A stretch of 64,000 nucleotides of DNA. Source: Lytechinus pictus. Lineage: Eukaryota. Position 1 is the stretch's first letter, and the number at the start of each line of letters is the position of its first letter. The notes beneath the pieces are model-generated. The model saw nothing but the letters and a program-made list of their open reading frames with translations, was not told where the DNA came from and did no database searches. The stretch covers positions 15,812,001-15,876,000 of the forward strand of contig NC_087251.1 of NCBI RefSeq assembly GCF_037042905.1. Reading direction: 5' to 3'. Shown here piece by piece: positions 12,951 to 25,500 of this stretch. Position numbers and translations under genes: made by a program.

Positions 12951-14329
12951 TGATGGCTCTGTTGTGGCGGTATATAAAGTGGTTGTATTTAGACCAATCA
13001 GCAATTTGCATATTATACAGGCCTACTTCTAGGCTACTACAATGCTCCTACTAAAAGGATAAATACAATACAGTACCTTCATGATAAAGGTCATCTTACT
13101 GTATTCTAAAAGGCCAAATTCGCACCAATCAGTTGATTTGAATAAATAAAGAAAACCAAATAACATAACAATGACAAGTTTATCAACTAGAAAAACAAGA
13201 AAGTTTTACATACTTTCACAAACAGTGATATCAAATTGAATATGTCACACACTCACTCCTACTTTTGTACTATGTTATATGTGTATATAAAAGTTGATTA
13301 AATTACATTATTTTGTCAATATTATGTTAATTTTGTTGAAAATTACTGAATAACAATATGTTACAATGATGAAAATGTTACAAGTTTCAAAGGTCATACA
13401 ATACATGCACACACATGTACATAAATTCACATGACAAAATAAAAAGATATACAAAATAGTGAGTTGAGACATCATTAGCTCCTTTTTAATAGGTTGAATG
13501 ACAGTTTTACTGTCTTTCTCTCCGTTTTGTTGTACATTCCGTTTTTTTAAATGCCTTGAACATTTCAATGAAAGTGGAAATGGTACTAAGAACGATATCA
13601 TTATCAATATACTGCAAATGTTATGCATATCACTTTTTTGTAAAACTATGCATAACTAAAAAAATACACCTCTTTTCATGAAACATCTGACTTTGAAGTA
13701 ATTTTCAGTTTCATGTTTTATTTTGAAATTTTTATCTAAATCATGAGAGTCAAAAAGTTTGGACGATTATAAAAATGAAAAAAGAATCTACTCAGATAAG
13801 TATACAGTAGACACTGCATACTGGAAGACTTACGCCAAGCACAACAGCTGGAAATATCACCGGAAAAAACACAGTTATCAAAAGATAAGATTATACAGAC
13901 AAATAATATTCAAGATAAACAGATGTGGCCGTCACAGGAACTTACCAAGGTGGCAGTCACTCTGACAAATCTAAAACCAGAACGGAGACAAAGCTATTGT
14001 GTTATTTTGAGTTGTGTACCATTGATCAGCTTGGAATCAGTTTCATTTGTGTAACTGTAATTGAATAGTGATATCAGTGTAGTGTTTGCAATTTTCATTA
14101 CAAGATTTAAAAAAAACTCATGATGTGGCATAACAAATTCTAAATTAAGAAGCAATGTCAGCCTGATCATGTACGCCAATGTTGTACATGTTAAAGAAAA
14201 TGATCTTGAAACTCAATTTCTGGTTTTTGTACTCCTCTCATAATAATTAAAAACTATTTACTTTCAAGGATGCCGTCTCCTTTCCTGTTAATGATATTGC
14301 CAACTTGTCATACAGTCTATAAAAAGGTT

Positions 14330-14846
14330 TTGATTCGGATCGGATGAAATAAGAAAGTTATCACATTTTTAAGTTTTGCTTAATTTAAAAAAATAGTTAT
14401 ATGCACATCCCAGTCGGTATGCGAATGAGGGAACTGATGACATCACTCACTATTTCTTTTGTATTTTATTAGATGAAATATTCTAATTTTCTCCTCATTG
14501 TCCAGTGAAACAAAGTTTAAATTCTCCCTGAACATGTGGAATTACCATTGTTTAACATTTTGTGGTTCGGTCAAGTTGGTCCTTATTGTCAAATCTGTAA
14601 AAATTGAATTATTGTATAATTAAAACAATAAAATCAAAAGAAATTGTGAGGGACATCATTGATTCTCTCATTTGCATGTGACTAAATTGTGCATATAACT
14701 ATTTTGTGAACAATAAGCAAAACTTTAAGATGTCTTAACTTTCTTATTTTACATCCGATTTTGATGAAATTTTCAGCATTATGATTGTCTGATTTTTTCT
14801 CTATTGATTCAAATCAATGTTTTTCTGAGGTGGACTTGACCTTTAA
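14330..14846. mobile_element. Fragment of a TTAA-type (Kolobok-like) non-autonomous DNA element
   Basis: Ends ggtggacttgacctttaa. Related termini at 49620 (ttaaaggggaatccaaccc) and 63275 (ccatccctttaa); degenerate relatives near 11480-11860 and 13085-13740. Boundaries approximate. Confidence 0.5.
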
Positions 14847-15594
14847 CACCGGCGCTCAACACGAACTGCCAGAAATATGTCATTAGGTCAATCCCAACAT
14901 CAGCATCATATCAAGTACGGTGTTGTAACAATACCAACATAAGATTTCAACATCGTACTTGAAATCACCCATTATGCACTAAAACAATGATGCAGACAAC
15001 GTAATTGGAAATGTCGTTGATTAGATAAATTTTGTGATATATGTTAGGTGAAAATTTATTGTGTCCAATCAAAATAAAACATCTGCAAACCCCTGTATTC
15101 TCATAAATGAATAAATGTGGAAAAATTGCAGGATATAATTTTTGTTTATAGTTCTCTCATATCAAATCACTAAAAAAAGATGTAAATTAGTGCTGAAACG
15201 GCCCGTTTTGATGAAAAATACTAGAAATATAAAAATAGGCACTAGATATTAAAAAACAACAACAAATTTTCATAAAGAATCAATCAATGACTGAATTAAG
15301 AGGACCAATACCCTTTGTTAAGGTTGGAGGTGCAAGAGTAATCCCTTCAAAAGTTGAAATAGATGGCAGGAGAGATTTTCTTTCAACACCCCACCCCCCA
15401 AAAAAATGAAGAAATAAAATCTATAATCTTCACAATTATACAAACCTGCTAAAACAAGAACTGCATTTTTAAATTAAATCCCTTCCCTTTTCAACAGGTA
15501 ATAAAAAAATGTGGAGGTATGCATGCATAATTTGTTATCCAATGTATGGATATCTTGGTTACTCTGCATCTCTCTTCTTTCAAATCCACAATAC

Positions 15595-16400
15595 TATGGT
15601 GGCCCTGAAGGGACATCGCAAATAGACCAAATCGCGAATATTCACGACGTTCGCCAATTTTCGTCGTGAATTTTGTCGTCAATTTGAATATTCACGACGA
15701 AATTGGCGACGAAATTTACGACATCGTGAATTTCGTCGCGAATTATTCACGACGTCGCCAATTTGAATATTGACGACAAAATTGACGACGAAATTCACAT
15801 CGTGAATTTCGTCGCGAATTATTCACGACGAAATTCACGACGTCGTGACTTTGTTTTGCTTGCATGGGCGGTATGCGGGTTGAAACCAATTCGTCTGCTG
15901 CTAATTCCTCCACTCACAAAAGGGTCTCCATTCATTTAGTCTAATGCAATTCTGTCCATAAACTTTTCGCCTAACAACCATATGGTCCAATAACCATTTG
16001 GTCCAGTCATCACTTCGTCTAATCACCAGTTCGTCTATGACCATTTCGTCTCATAACTAGTTGGTCTAATATCAATTTTATTTTCCTTAATTTCGCCCAA
16101 TTAACACTTAGTTCAATAAGCTCAAATGGCATATGGACAGAATTGCATTAGACTAAATGAATGTAGACCCTGTTGTGAGTGGAGGAATTAGCAGCAGACG
16201 AATTGGTTTCAACCCGCATACCGCCCAGGCGAGCAAAACAAATTAACAACGAAATTGGCGACGAAATTCACGATGTCGTGAATTTCGTCGTCAATATTCA
16301 AATTGGCGACGTTGTGAATTTTCAAATTGGCGACGTCGTGAATTTCGTCGTGAATATTCGCGATTTGGTCTATTTGCGATGTCCCTTCAGGGCCACCATA
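15595..16400. mobile_element. Palindromic non-autonomous DNA transposon with 6-bp TSD (IS3EU-like)
   Basis: CAATAC|TATGGTGGCCCTGAAGGGACATCGCAAATAGACCAAATCGCGAATATTCACGACG ... CGTCGTGAATATTCGCGATTTGGTCTATTTGCGATGTCCCTTCAGGGCCACCATA|CAATAC; arms 15595-15960 and 16132-16400. Confidence 0.85.
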
Positions 16401-16511
16401 CAATACAGTATAAGAAATATAGTATGTTTAGCTCCCACCCTATCCCCATCTACTATAAGATGTGTCATGTACGTGTCATTATGCATAGTTGACCATGAGT
16501 GAGAGACTTAG

Positions 16512-16967
16512 ACACCGTTTTCACTTCCCTCCTAAAACTAGTTTACTGGAAACTAGTTTAGTGGAACTGGTTTAACGTGTAATGAGAACAGTCAACGCGG
16601 TATTAGAAATGATCTTCAAAACCGGTTCAGAAAACCACCTCGTGATGTAGTTTTGAAACTCACTTTGCCTCAAACTGGTTTTAGCGTAAATGAGGACACA
16701 ACCATTCTTCGGGAAGCGATCTTCGCATATTTCGAGCGCGCTACTCCACACACTGTCTATGGAATGCTTATGCTGCAATTTCAAATTTCATGAGAAACAT
16801 GTCGCCCCACTGAGTGTTCCCATAGCAACAAGACCGCTTCACGTGAAGTGGTTTAAAAAACCACTTTCGGGAAATCAAATGGGAACGCTAGCAAAGCGAT
16901 CTTCCAAAATAGTTTCCTGAACCGGTTTCCAGTTAACTAGTTTTAGAATGTATAATGAGAACGGTGT
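16512..16967. mobile_element. MITE, Harbinger-like
   Basis: TIR acaccgttttca..ctaaaactagttt..ctggaaac vs gtttccagttaactagttttag..tgagaacggtgt; TWA-like flanks. Confidence 0.7.
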
Positions 16968-19574
16968 TATCGTCAAACCTAGATGACAAACCTAGAGGTT
17001 TGAGGCACATGCCCCATCAACTTCATGTCATATGCCAATTACTGTACATTCCAGGGGGCTGTATCATAAAGCTAAGTCATTTAATCAAGATTGGTGAACC
17101 TTTCTGATGCTGGATGAGATGCATCAAATTTTACATGTTTCAGCAATAGTCAATTTCAATAATCAAACTTGAAGTATTTAAGTTTCCATTCAAATGCTTG
17201 TTAAACATGAGAATTTTATTCTATTAAGATTGTCTTTCAACTGTAGCTGATCACAATCAACATGGTTGAGAATCTGATTAAACGCCAAGAAAGGATCACC
17301 AGTCTTGCATGAATAATAACACCACCCTGTGAAAAGGGGAACACACCTTCTAAATCTGTACACATGCTTATATACAATGAATGAGTAGTTGTACACAATT
17401 ATCATCAATTATAAAGCAAATCATGCTTTAATGTATAACAAAAAACAAAGAAATGTATAAATCTCTCACTTTCAATTTTCAATCTGCAAAATATACACAT
17501 AGAGATGAAATTGATAAAAAGGCAAGAAAATGGATTTTTGTCACTACATATCTTGAAATTTGAATAAGCATATACTGTACATGGTTTAACCATTCATCTA
17601 GAATGTTTGATTAAAAAACTTATCATACAAAGACAACTAAAGATTAGTTATAATGTAAAGTAGGAGGAAGAGGAGATGACGATGGTGACAAGAAGAATTA
17701 CGTACACATGAATTGGGTATACATGGTTTATAGCTTCATCAAACAAGACATCTGTTTTTTTACACTATTGTGTCAGCTCTGAAAACATGATTATTTACTC
17801 CCCCAGGGTTAAAATTTGATTCAAAGAGAGCTCTAAAATCAAATGATTGACCGTCATAGGCTCATAAACAAAAGCTGCACAGACATATGATGCCATATGA
17901 ATATGATGAACAATGATGACATAAAATCTATTTTAAACATGTTTTTTCTGAACAATTTCTCTCCTCTCAACTGTTGTTGTGTCATTATTCCTGACGAGGC
18001 AGTATTTCAAGATTCCTATGGGCTTTGTACAATGATCGTTGGTCAATCCTAACATCAGCCTGATTTCAAGTACAGTGTTATGGTTGGTGTAGGTGTTCTC
18101 CATCACCAATATAAGGTTTCAATGCAGACTGCCAGAAATATGTAGAGGTCAAGTCCAGTGTTGTGGCTGGTTAACTAATACCAGCACCATCTCTGTAACA
18201 TCAGACATGGATATCACTGAATAACCTCAGTGAGCTTTGATCAAGTGACCCCTGACAAGCCCTGAAACTCGAGCTTTGAGCTCTGAATGACTTTTGTCCT
18301 TTGAATGGTTCTTAAATTTCATTTACAAGAATAATAGGATGGACTGATGTGAGGACAGATCAAAATAAGAGTCGATCTTGTCACAACACCTACTCAAACT
18401 TCATTACAAATAGCAGAAAGTACATTGCACTATAGGAGGTTTATCCCAACACCAACCTGATTTCAAGTATATTGTTAAAGGCGGGTGAATGACTTTCAAC
18501 ACCATACTTGTAATGACCTGATTGACTGCTGATGCTGTGATCTCCTATCATGAATTAGTTTGATTCTTCAAAGTTAAAACCATTATTAAATTACAAGAAT
18601 GAAAATCAAATGGACAGACTGACGAAAGGACAGATTTAAATTTGAGAGATCAACAAATATAAGTCATCATACTCCTGACCCTCATGAATGGCATGTAGTT
18701 TTGTACATAAGGTCACCTTGACCTACTCTTCATCTTAGATGACAAAATAATTATATTTACTCTCTTGTAAATTCTCTTATAACATGTAACCTTGAAAATC
18801 GCTGTGCAGTTTTAAATAATTCAAGTAAACAAATAGATCTGAATTACATCAATGAAGTCAAAACAAACACCAAAGGCAATACAAAACGTATATTATTTCA
18901 GCCAATCTGCATAACTTACCATAAATAATATGCTCTATGTTGGTATATATTGTATGTGTCACTAATTTACACATCACATAAATAAGAGTACATGATGATT
19001 ACAAATTAAAGTAAGATAAACTAAGTATTTCAAATGGTCATGCAAGAAAGGCTAACTCAAAAGGGCAAATGCCCATAACGTATGTATTTCTGGTACATCT
19101 TCAGCCCACAAAGTTAGAGAAATATTTTATGCCTTGTTCAGAGATACTGTACGTGTTCTGATATGCTTACCTAATTTTTGCCAATTACAGCAATGTTAAT
19201 GAAAAAAAAAGATCTATTCAACATACTTTCCATAAATGGATCAATCACAGCATCTTTCATGACAGAAGAGTAGGAAGTTAGAAATCATAAACAACATCTG
19301 TTTTGTATTTTAGCAGAATTTTTTCTTTGATGGCCTTACAAAAATCTTAAAGTTTTGTCTATAGTTCAGTATACTGTAAAAGAAAAAGGCCTATGATTAA
19401 CTTGAACTTATCAACTTTCTGCTTCTTTCTGAATAAGAATGTTGCAGCATACAATCCTATAGTGCTCTGCCTTGGATGGTAAATGAAAATATTTCTAGAC
19501 AGATTCTGGGGCATGAAGCCAAATGTAAGGGGGAGGCACAAGTTCCAATTTAAGTACAGGATCTTGATCTTGGT

Positions 19575-22500
19575 TTAGTCTCGGAAGAAGAATTTTTTTA
19601 CTGGTGTCACAACAGCACTGCACAGGAAGAAAAAAGAAGAGAAATTATGATCTTGACTTATTAAAATTGTGCCTATTTAATTTTCACACCTATGTATACT
19701 TAAAAAAAAATAGATTTGACAATGTTCTTCTTAAAATCATATAAGTTATTATGATTATTCTACATGTTCTATGAGAAGTCCAAACCATGTTTGATATTGT
19801 TGTAAAAAGGCAGAAAAAAAAAAATTGCTATTAATAATGATTTTTCATGATAAAGCACTCCCTTATTTACACACTGCCATGTAATGTTTACCAGTGTTCT
19901 GTGAAGCTAAGCTAAAATTGTTATTGCAAAACCTTTATTTGAATTTGATGAAACTTCAGCATCATAGCTTTATTCAAGCAGTAAAACCATACTTAACTTG
20001 GCATTTGATACAACCAGTAGATGGTAAGTATGCATCCATAATGTTTTAATTAGAAAAGTAAACGTAAAACCTAAATTCATTATGGTCAATGTTGTAAAGA
20101 GAGCCTTGGTGAGCAAGTACAAAGGAAAAACTAAGTCACGATCTTATCAACAGATACCAATTCGGCCCCCAAGTCTTAAAAAAACAAAAAAAAAAACAGT
20201 CCAACTACTCAGAGCTACATACTTGGTCTAACGCTTGCAACCTGTCACTTGAAATATGCAATCAATCAACAGAATTGGTTGAAGATTTGTGATTTATTGG
20301 TTAAAGTTTATGAAACCACTAGACGCTTTCCATGGTCTAGAGGTGAAGGGGTCCCTGGATGACCTTTGACCCCATCATCCTCAATATCACACATGTGGTA
20401 TTACCCAAGGATCATTTGAATCAAGTGTGATCAAAATTGATGCAGAAATAAAGAAATGAGAGCAAGTTGGACAAAAACTTTAAAAAAAGGGATGGACATG
20501 ACCTGTCATTTGACCTTTTGACCCTATCAACTTCATGGACCCACATGTGGTATTACTCAAGGATCATACATACTAAGTATGAACATACCTGGTGCACAAA
20601 TAAAGAAATGAGAGCAAGTTGAACACAAACGTTAACATTTTTTTGTAACAGACCAACAGACTAACAGAAAAGGTGATCAGTAGTTCTCTGCCGAACTTGG
20701 CTAAAGCAGTAATTAGCAACACAAAATTGGCCCTCATCTCAAAACTACGATTGTCGCATGATTTCATGATCAATATGAGGCCAGCTATGACATGGCACCT
20801 AATACAGCATGGTAGAGGATAAAAATGACCCCCACAGAACAAGACACCAATTGAAATTGACAAGTTTAGATGACTCTCATTGGCATACATTTGTATCCAC
20901 TATTCTGGTAAAGTTGCTCCTAGGCTTGTTTTAGAAGATGCCTGGAGATTGATCACTGATCAAGATTCTATTTCAAATTAAGTTTTTATACATGTTTTAG
21001 CGTCTGCTTGTCAGACTTCACTGACATCCACCTTTTTATAGTCTGTCAACCAGACTTTTATTGGTATCCAGACATGGATTTCCCAGCTTTTCGAGAAAAC
21101 AAAATCCCTGATGAAGTTTACAAATTCCCTGATAATTATTTAAACCCATTCCCAGTTTTGCATGTTTTCTAAGTTGTCGCAGTGAATTACATGTATTTTC
21201 AGTATAAAAACAATAATGCAAAACTAAGTTAGTACTATTACACAGGCATGTAATGGCCTCCCTTCTCCCCATACAGCCATCCTTTCCTCACCTTATACAG
21301 AAAGAGGTTGGTATGCAACAAAATATAACAAGATTCGGATTGATAACCGTGCTTTCGACTTTAAGGCTGATCAAATTCCCTGATTTTTCCCTCATTTGAG
21401 GCATTTCCCCCTAATTTTAGGTATTTTTTATCAAATTCCCTGATTATTCCCTAACTGGAAAAAAGTAAAATAATTTTCCCTGATGGGCTGGGAACCCTGT
21501 ACTACTGTAAGGTTCTATTGACTTACTCAAACATATGATGGACTATCCCTTTGTCAGTCTGCCCCTGCTCCTCTGCTGTGGTATCCTTCCCTGGACTGGC
21601 CATTTCCTGGAGCCTTAGCTGCTCCTGGAGGACATGTTGCTCCACTCGCTCTCGACCTGGATGTCCTGGGACACCAACTCTAGCAACCCCTCCATCTAAA
21701 GTTCAAAGAGCAAGAGACAGAAGTAATAGTTGAGGAGGTATAGAAATTGACATACATGTTGTCATATTTAAAAAAATCCTCCAAATGACGTGTGACCTTT
21801 GGAATCATTTAATATTTTCTCCAGCAAAAAAAAGAATAAAAAAATCATGTTTCTCTATATAAATGTAATTTCATCAAAGATCAGGACATTGATGGTGTAA
21901 TTCTTATGATAAAAAGTTTTTTTTATAAATGTTTTGTACCATAAGTTCCAAAGTCACCACAAAATGAAAGCAATAATCATCACATTTACCCTTATACCTG
22001 CATGAAAAATTGTTTTTCCTTCTTTTTAATTGTCATCATGGCTATCTGAAAAATAATTAATTTTCAAAAATATGTTGAAGGATAGCAACACTTATCTAAA
22101 TGCCTTAGCAATTATGTAACTAGACAAATGCAAACAAACAAATGAAGTACTCACCTGATGGCAGGACATGTTTTGGTGGCTTGTCTCCATTGCACTCAAC
22201 ATGGTCCTTATCCCACGATTCGTTTAAACTTGGAAATCTTTCTTGATCCTTTCAGATCATATTGAAAAGAAAAAAAAAGAAAGAATGGATGGATCAAATG
22301 ATTTATCTAGTGCTGGATTTTAAAGAACTTATTGAGTATTGATAAGTGAATTATCCATTTTAAATCATAAAACACATATTGCTTAAATACTGAAGAAGTT
22401 TTATAACCTAATCCTGTTCCTAAGAAATCCAATTACTCTCTGATTCTAAGCACTATATGTGAGGTAAGAAGCCTTATTGCCACATTTACAAATATTATCT

Positions 22501-25500
22501 ATTACTAGTATGTACTGCCAATGCTGGAGGCCGTTTCTTAAAAGCTGTTCGTAAGTTAAGAGCGACTGGTGAACCTTTTTTACGCGCTAAACCATCGCCA
22601 ATGAATATACCATTTACCAAAAGAAACAATCACCAGTCGTTCTTAAAGTTGCTCTTAACTTACGAACAGCTTTATGAAACACTGAACAGCTTTATGAAAC
22701 ACCCACCAGTTTCACATTTATCATCTGTATTTGACAAATATCATAATTACAAGAAAAGTAATACGTGTAACACAAAAAAGGCAAAACAACAACAATATAA
22801 ATAACAACGATGAAACAAAGTTAAAAGAACGCACAATTTCAAATAAACATGTTATGAAAAAGAACACTTGCTCATCCTTCTCTCTATCATCAACACTGAT
22901 TTCAACAAGATTTCATTATAAGGTGCCATTAAATGATTAAAGAAACCATAATTGAATATGCAAAAAAAAAAAAAAAAATGAAGCCAATGGCCCAAGATAA
23001 AAGGTAAAGAACCAATAAAAATGTATGTTAACAAACACATTATATAAAACACATTCTGAAATGCCAATTTGCTTGTTATCAATATCCAAAAGAGTAAAAT
23101 GATTTTAAGAATGTATGAAATCCTATCCCCACTGAACAAAAACTATTGCCAACCCTTAACAATTCATAATTTCAAAAGGAAAAAAAAAACAAATTTTATC
23201 TAAGTTCTAGAAACAGACTGGCACAAACTTGTCTTACATAATATGGTGAGTCTAATGCAGAGTTTGAAAAAGATTCTCACCCCTTTCTTCCCGTATTAGA
23301 CTGTGTTTAGACTTAATTATCATGTTCCTTTTCCCAAACACCATCCAGCTCCATGACATTACTTATACCTTGACACATAAAGTACAAATTAACCAGAGTA
23401 ATGCATGGGAATTTCTCATACGAATAACAAAAGAAAAATCATAAATAAACAGTTGATAATAATTAATAATAATAATAATAATAATAGTCAGTTCTTATGT
23501 AGAGCATAACACATAAAAATAAGTAAACCTTCTTCAAGTCAAATAATTGCCTTAGTAAAAACAATTTTTCAAAAAAAAAAGCTTGTATAAAATCATGTGC
23601 TTCCTTTAAGGCAAACATATTTTTTGGGGGTCTCTGAACGATTGTTCCCAGATTAAAGTCACTGCCATCCTGTTTATTATCTTTATCATCCAAAGAAATA
23701 TTATCTAGAACTTTTGCCAACACGTCACAACAAACATCATGTCAATCCTTTTTCCTTTTGAGTATTTTTTATCATTCAAATTAAATATAAACTTTCATTA
23801 GTGGAAATGAAAATGAAATTAAACCAAACTTGAAATAAAACTATAAGGCACATCGACCAATTAAAATAAATTTCAAATCAAACTATAAACATTTTTTTTC
23901 TGGAACTTTGGACAACACAACCTTACCAAGGCCTTCCTTTGCACCAGATTACTAAATCCTGATTCTAACTCAGGTGAACGTTCCCTCTTCTGTCTCTCTA
24001 TTTCTATCCTTTCCCTATTCTTCCTTCTAAATGTCTGTCCATCAAAATCATCTCCCATCCCTGTTCCATCTAAGCCTACATCAACAGGTGGAAAAGTGTT
24101 GCTACCTCTTCTCGGCTCCTCATTGCTGTTGTTGCTTGTGGAGTTTTTGTCGGACGTAAACCTGAGGGCCCGCTTCCTGAGGACACGGCCAGACTGGTTG
24201 GCGCTTGAAGCAAACCCACGTGATGGCGCCAAACGGCGATTGGAGCGTCGAGGAAGAGAGGAGCTCAATGTGGTTTTCGCTGGGATTGGTCTTCTCTGTG
24301 GTCTAGAGACCCATCACATACATAAATAAAAGAAAGAAAAAAAGTAGATTATCTGTCATGAATGTTTTTATCTCTTTCCCCATGTAAAACATCATTCTTT
24401 GTAAACTGAAACACATTAAGTGAATTAAAATGAAAGTGAAATTTGTAGACATGGTGTTCAAGCAAAAGCAGAAAGCTTGATTTCGAGTACTTTACCTCCA
24501 GAGGCTCATATTCAGAACTTAGGTTTATAAAACTGTGGTCTAAATTTTTCATTTAACTTTGGTAGCAGAAGATGGGACAGCATTACAAATGATGTAATAA
24601 TTAAAAGAAACATTTTGAAGGCAAAATACTAACAAGTGGAGCGCCTCTGGCAGTCTCACCTGCATCGCGCGATTCAATATAGCAAAACTACTATAAAATA
24701 ATTATTCACAAAAAAAAACATTCATATAATGATACAATACTACGTTCATTGAAAATAAATGACATTTGACCTTGATCATGCGACCTAGGACTTGTCAGTA
24801 ATACTTGAATACCCCTATATCCACATTTTATAAACTATATCTATAAACTTTGAAAGTTATTACAGCAGTCTAATGATTACCTCCAAAATGACCTTTGACT
24901 TTGGTAATGTGACCTGAAACTTGCATGGGATGTTCAGTGATACTTGATTACTCTTATGTTCAAATTTTATGAACTAGATCCATACACTTACAGAGTTATG
25001 ATGGTTATTCAACAAATACCCCCAACATGGCCAAAGTTCATTGACCTTAAGTGACCTTTGACCTTAGTCATGTGACCTGAAACTCGCACAGGATGTTAAG
25101 TGATACTTGATTACTCTTATGTCCAAGTTTCATGGATCAGATCCATAAACTTTCAAAGTTATTATGGTAATTCAACAGATACCCCCAATATGGCCAAAGT
25201 TCATTGACCTTTGACATTGGTCATGTGACCTGAAATTTGCACAGGATGTTCAGAGATACTTTAATTACTCTTATAACCAAGATTTATGCACTAGACCAAT
25301 AAATCATCAAAGTTATGATGATAATTCAACAGATACCCCCAAAAGTTCATTGACCTTTGACATTGGTCATGTGACCTGAAAATCGCATAGGATGTTCAGT
25401 GATACTTGATTACTGTTATATAATAATAATAATAATAATAATAGCCAATTTTTATAAAGCGCTTTTCCCTGAATGGCTCAAAGCGCGTTACAGCATATTA

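Noticed and set aside
15640..15850. CRISPR-like appearance of palindromic repeats
   Set aside because: No unique spacers, irregular spacing, no cas genes; these are the arms of a TIR element.
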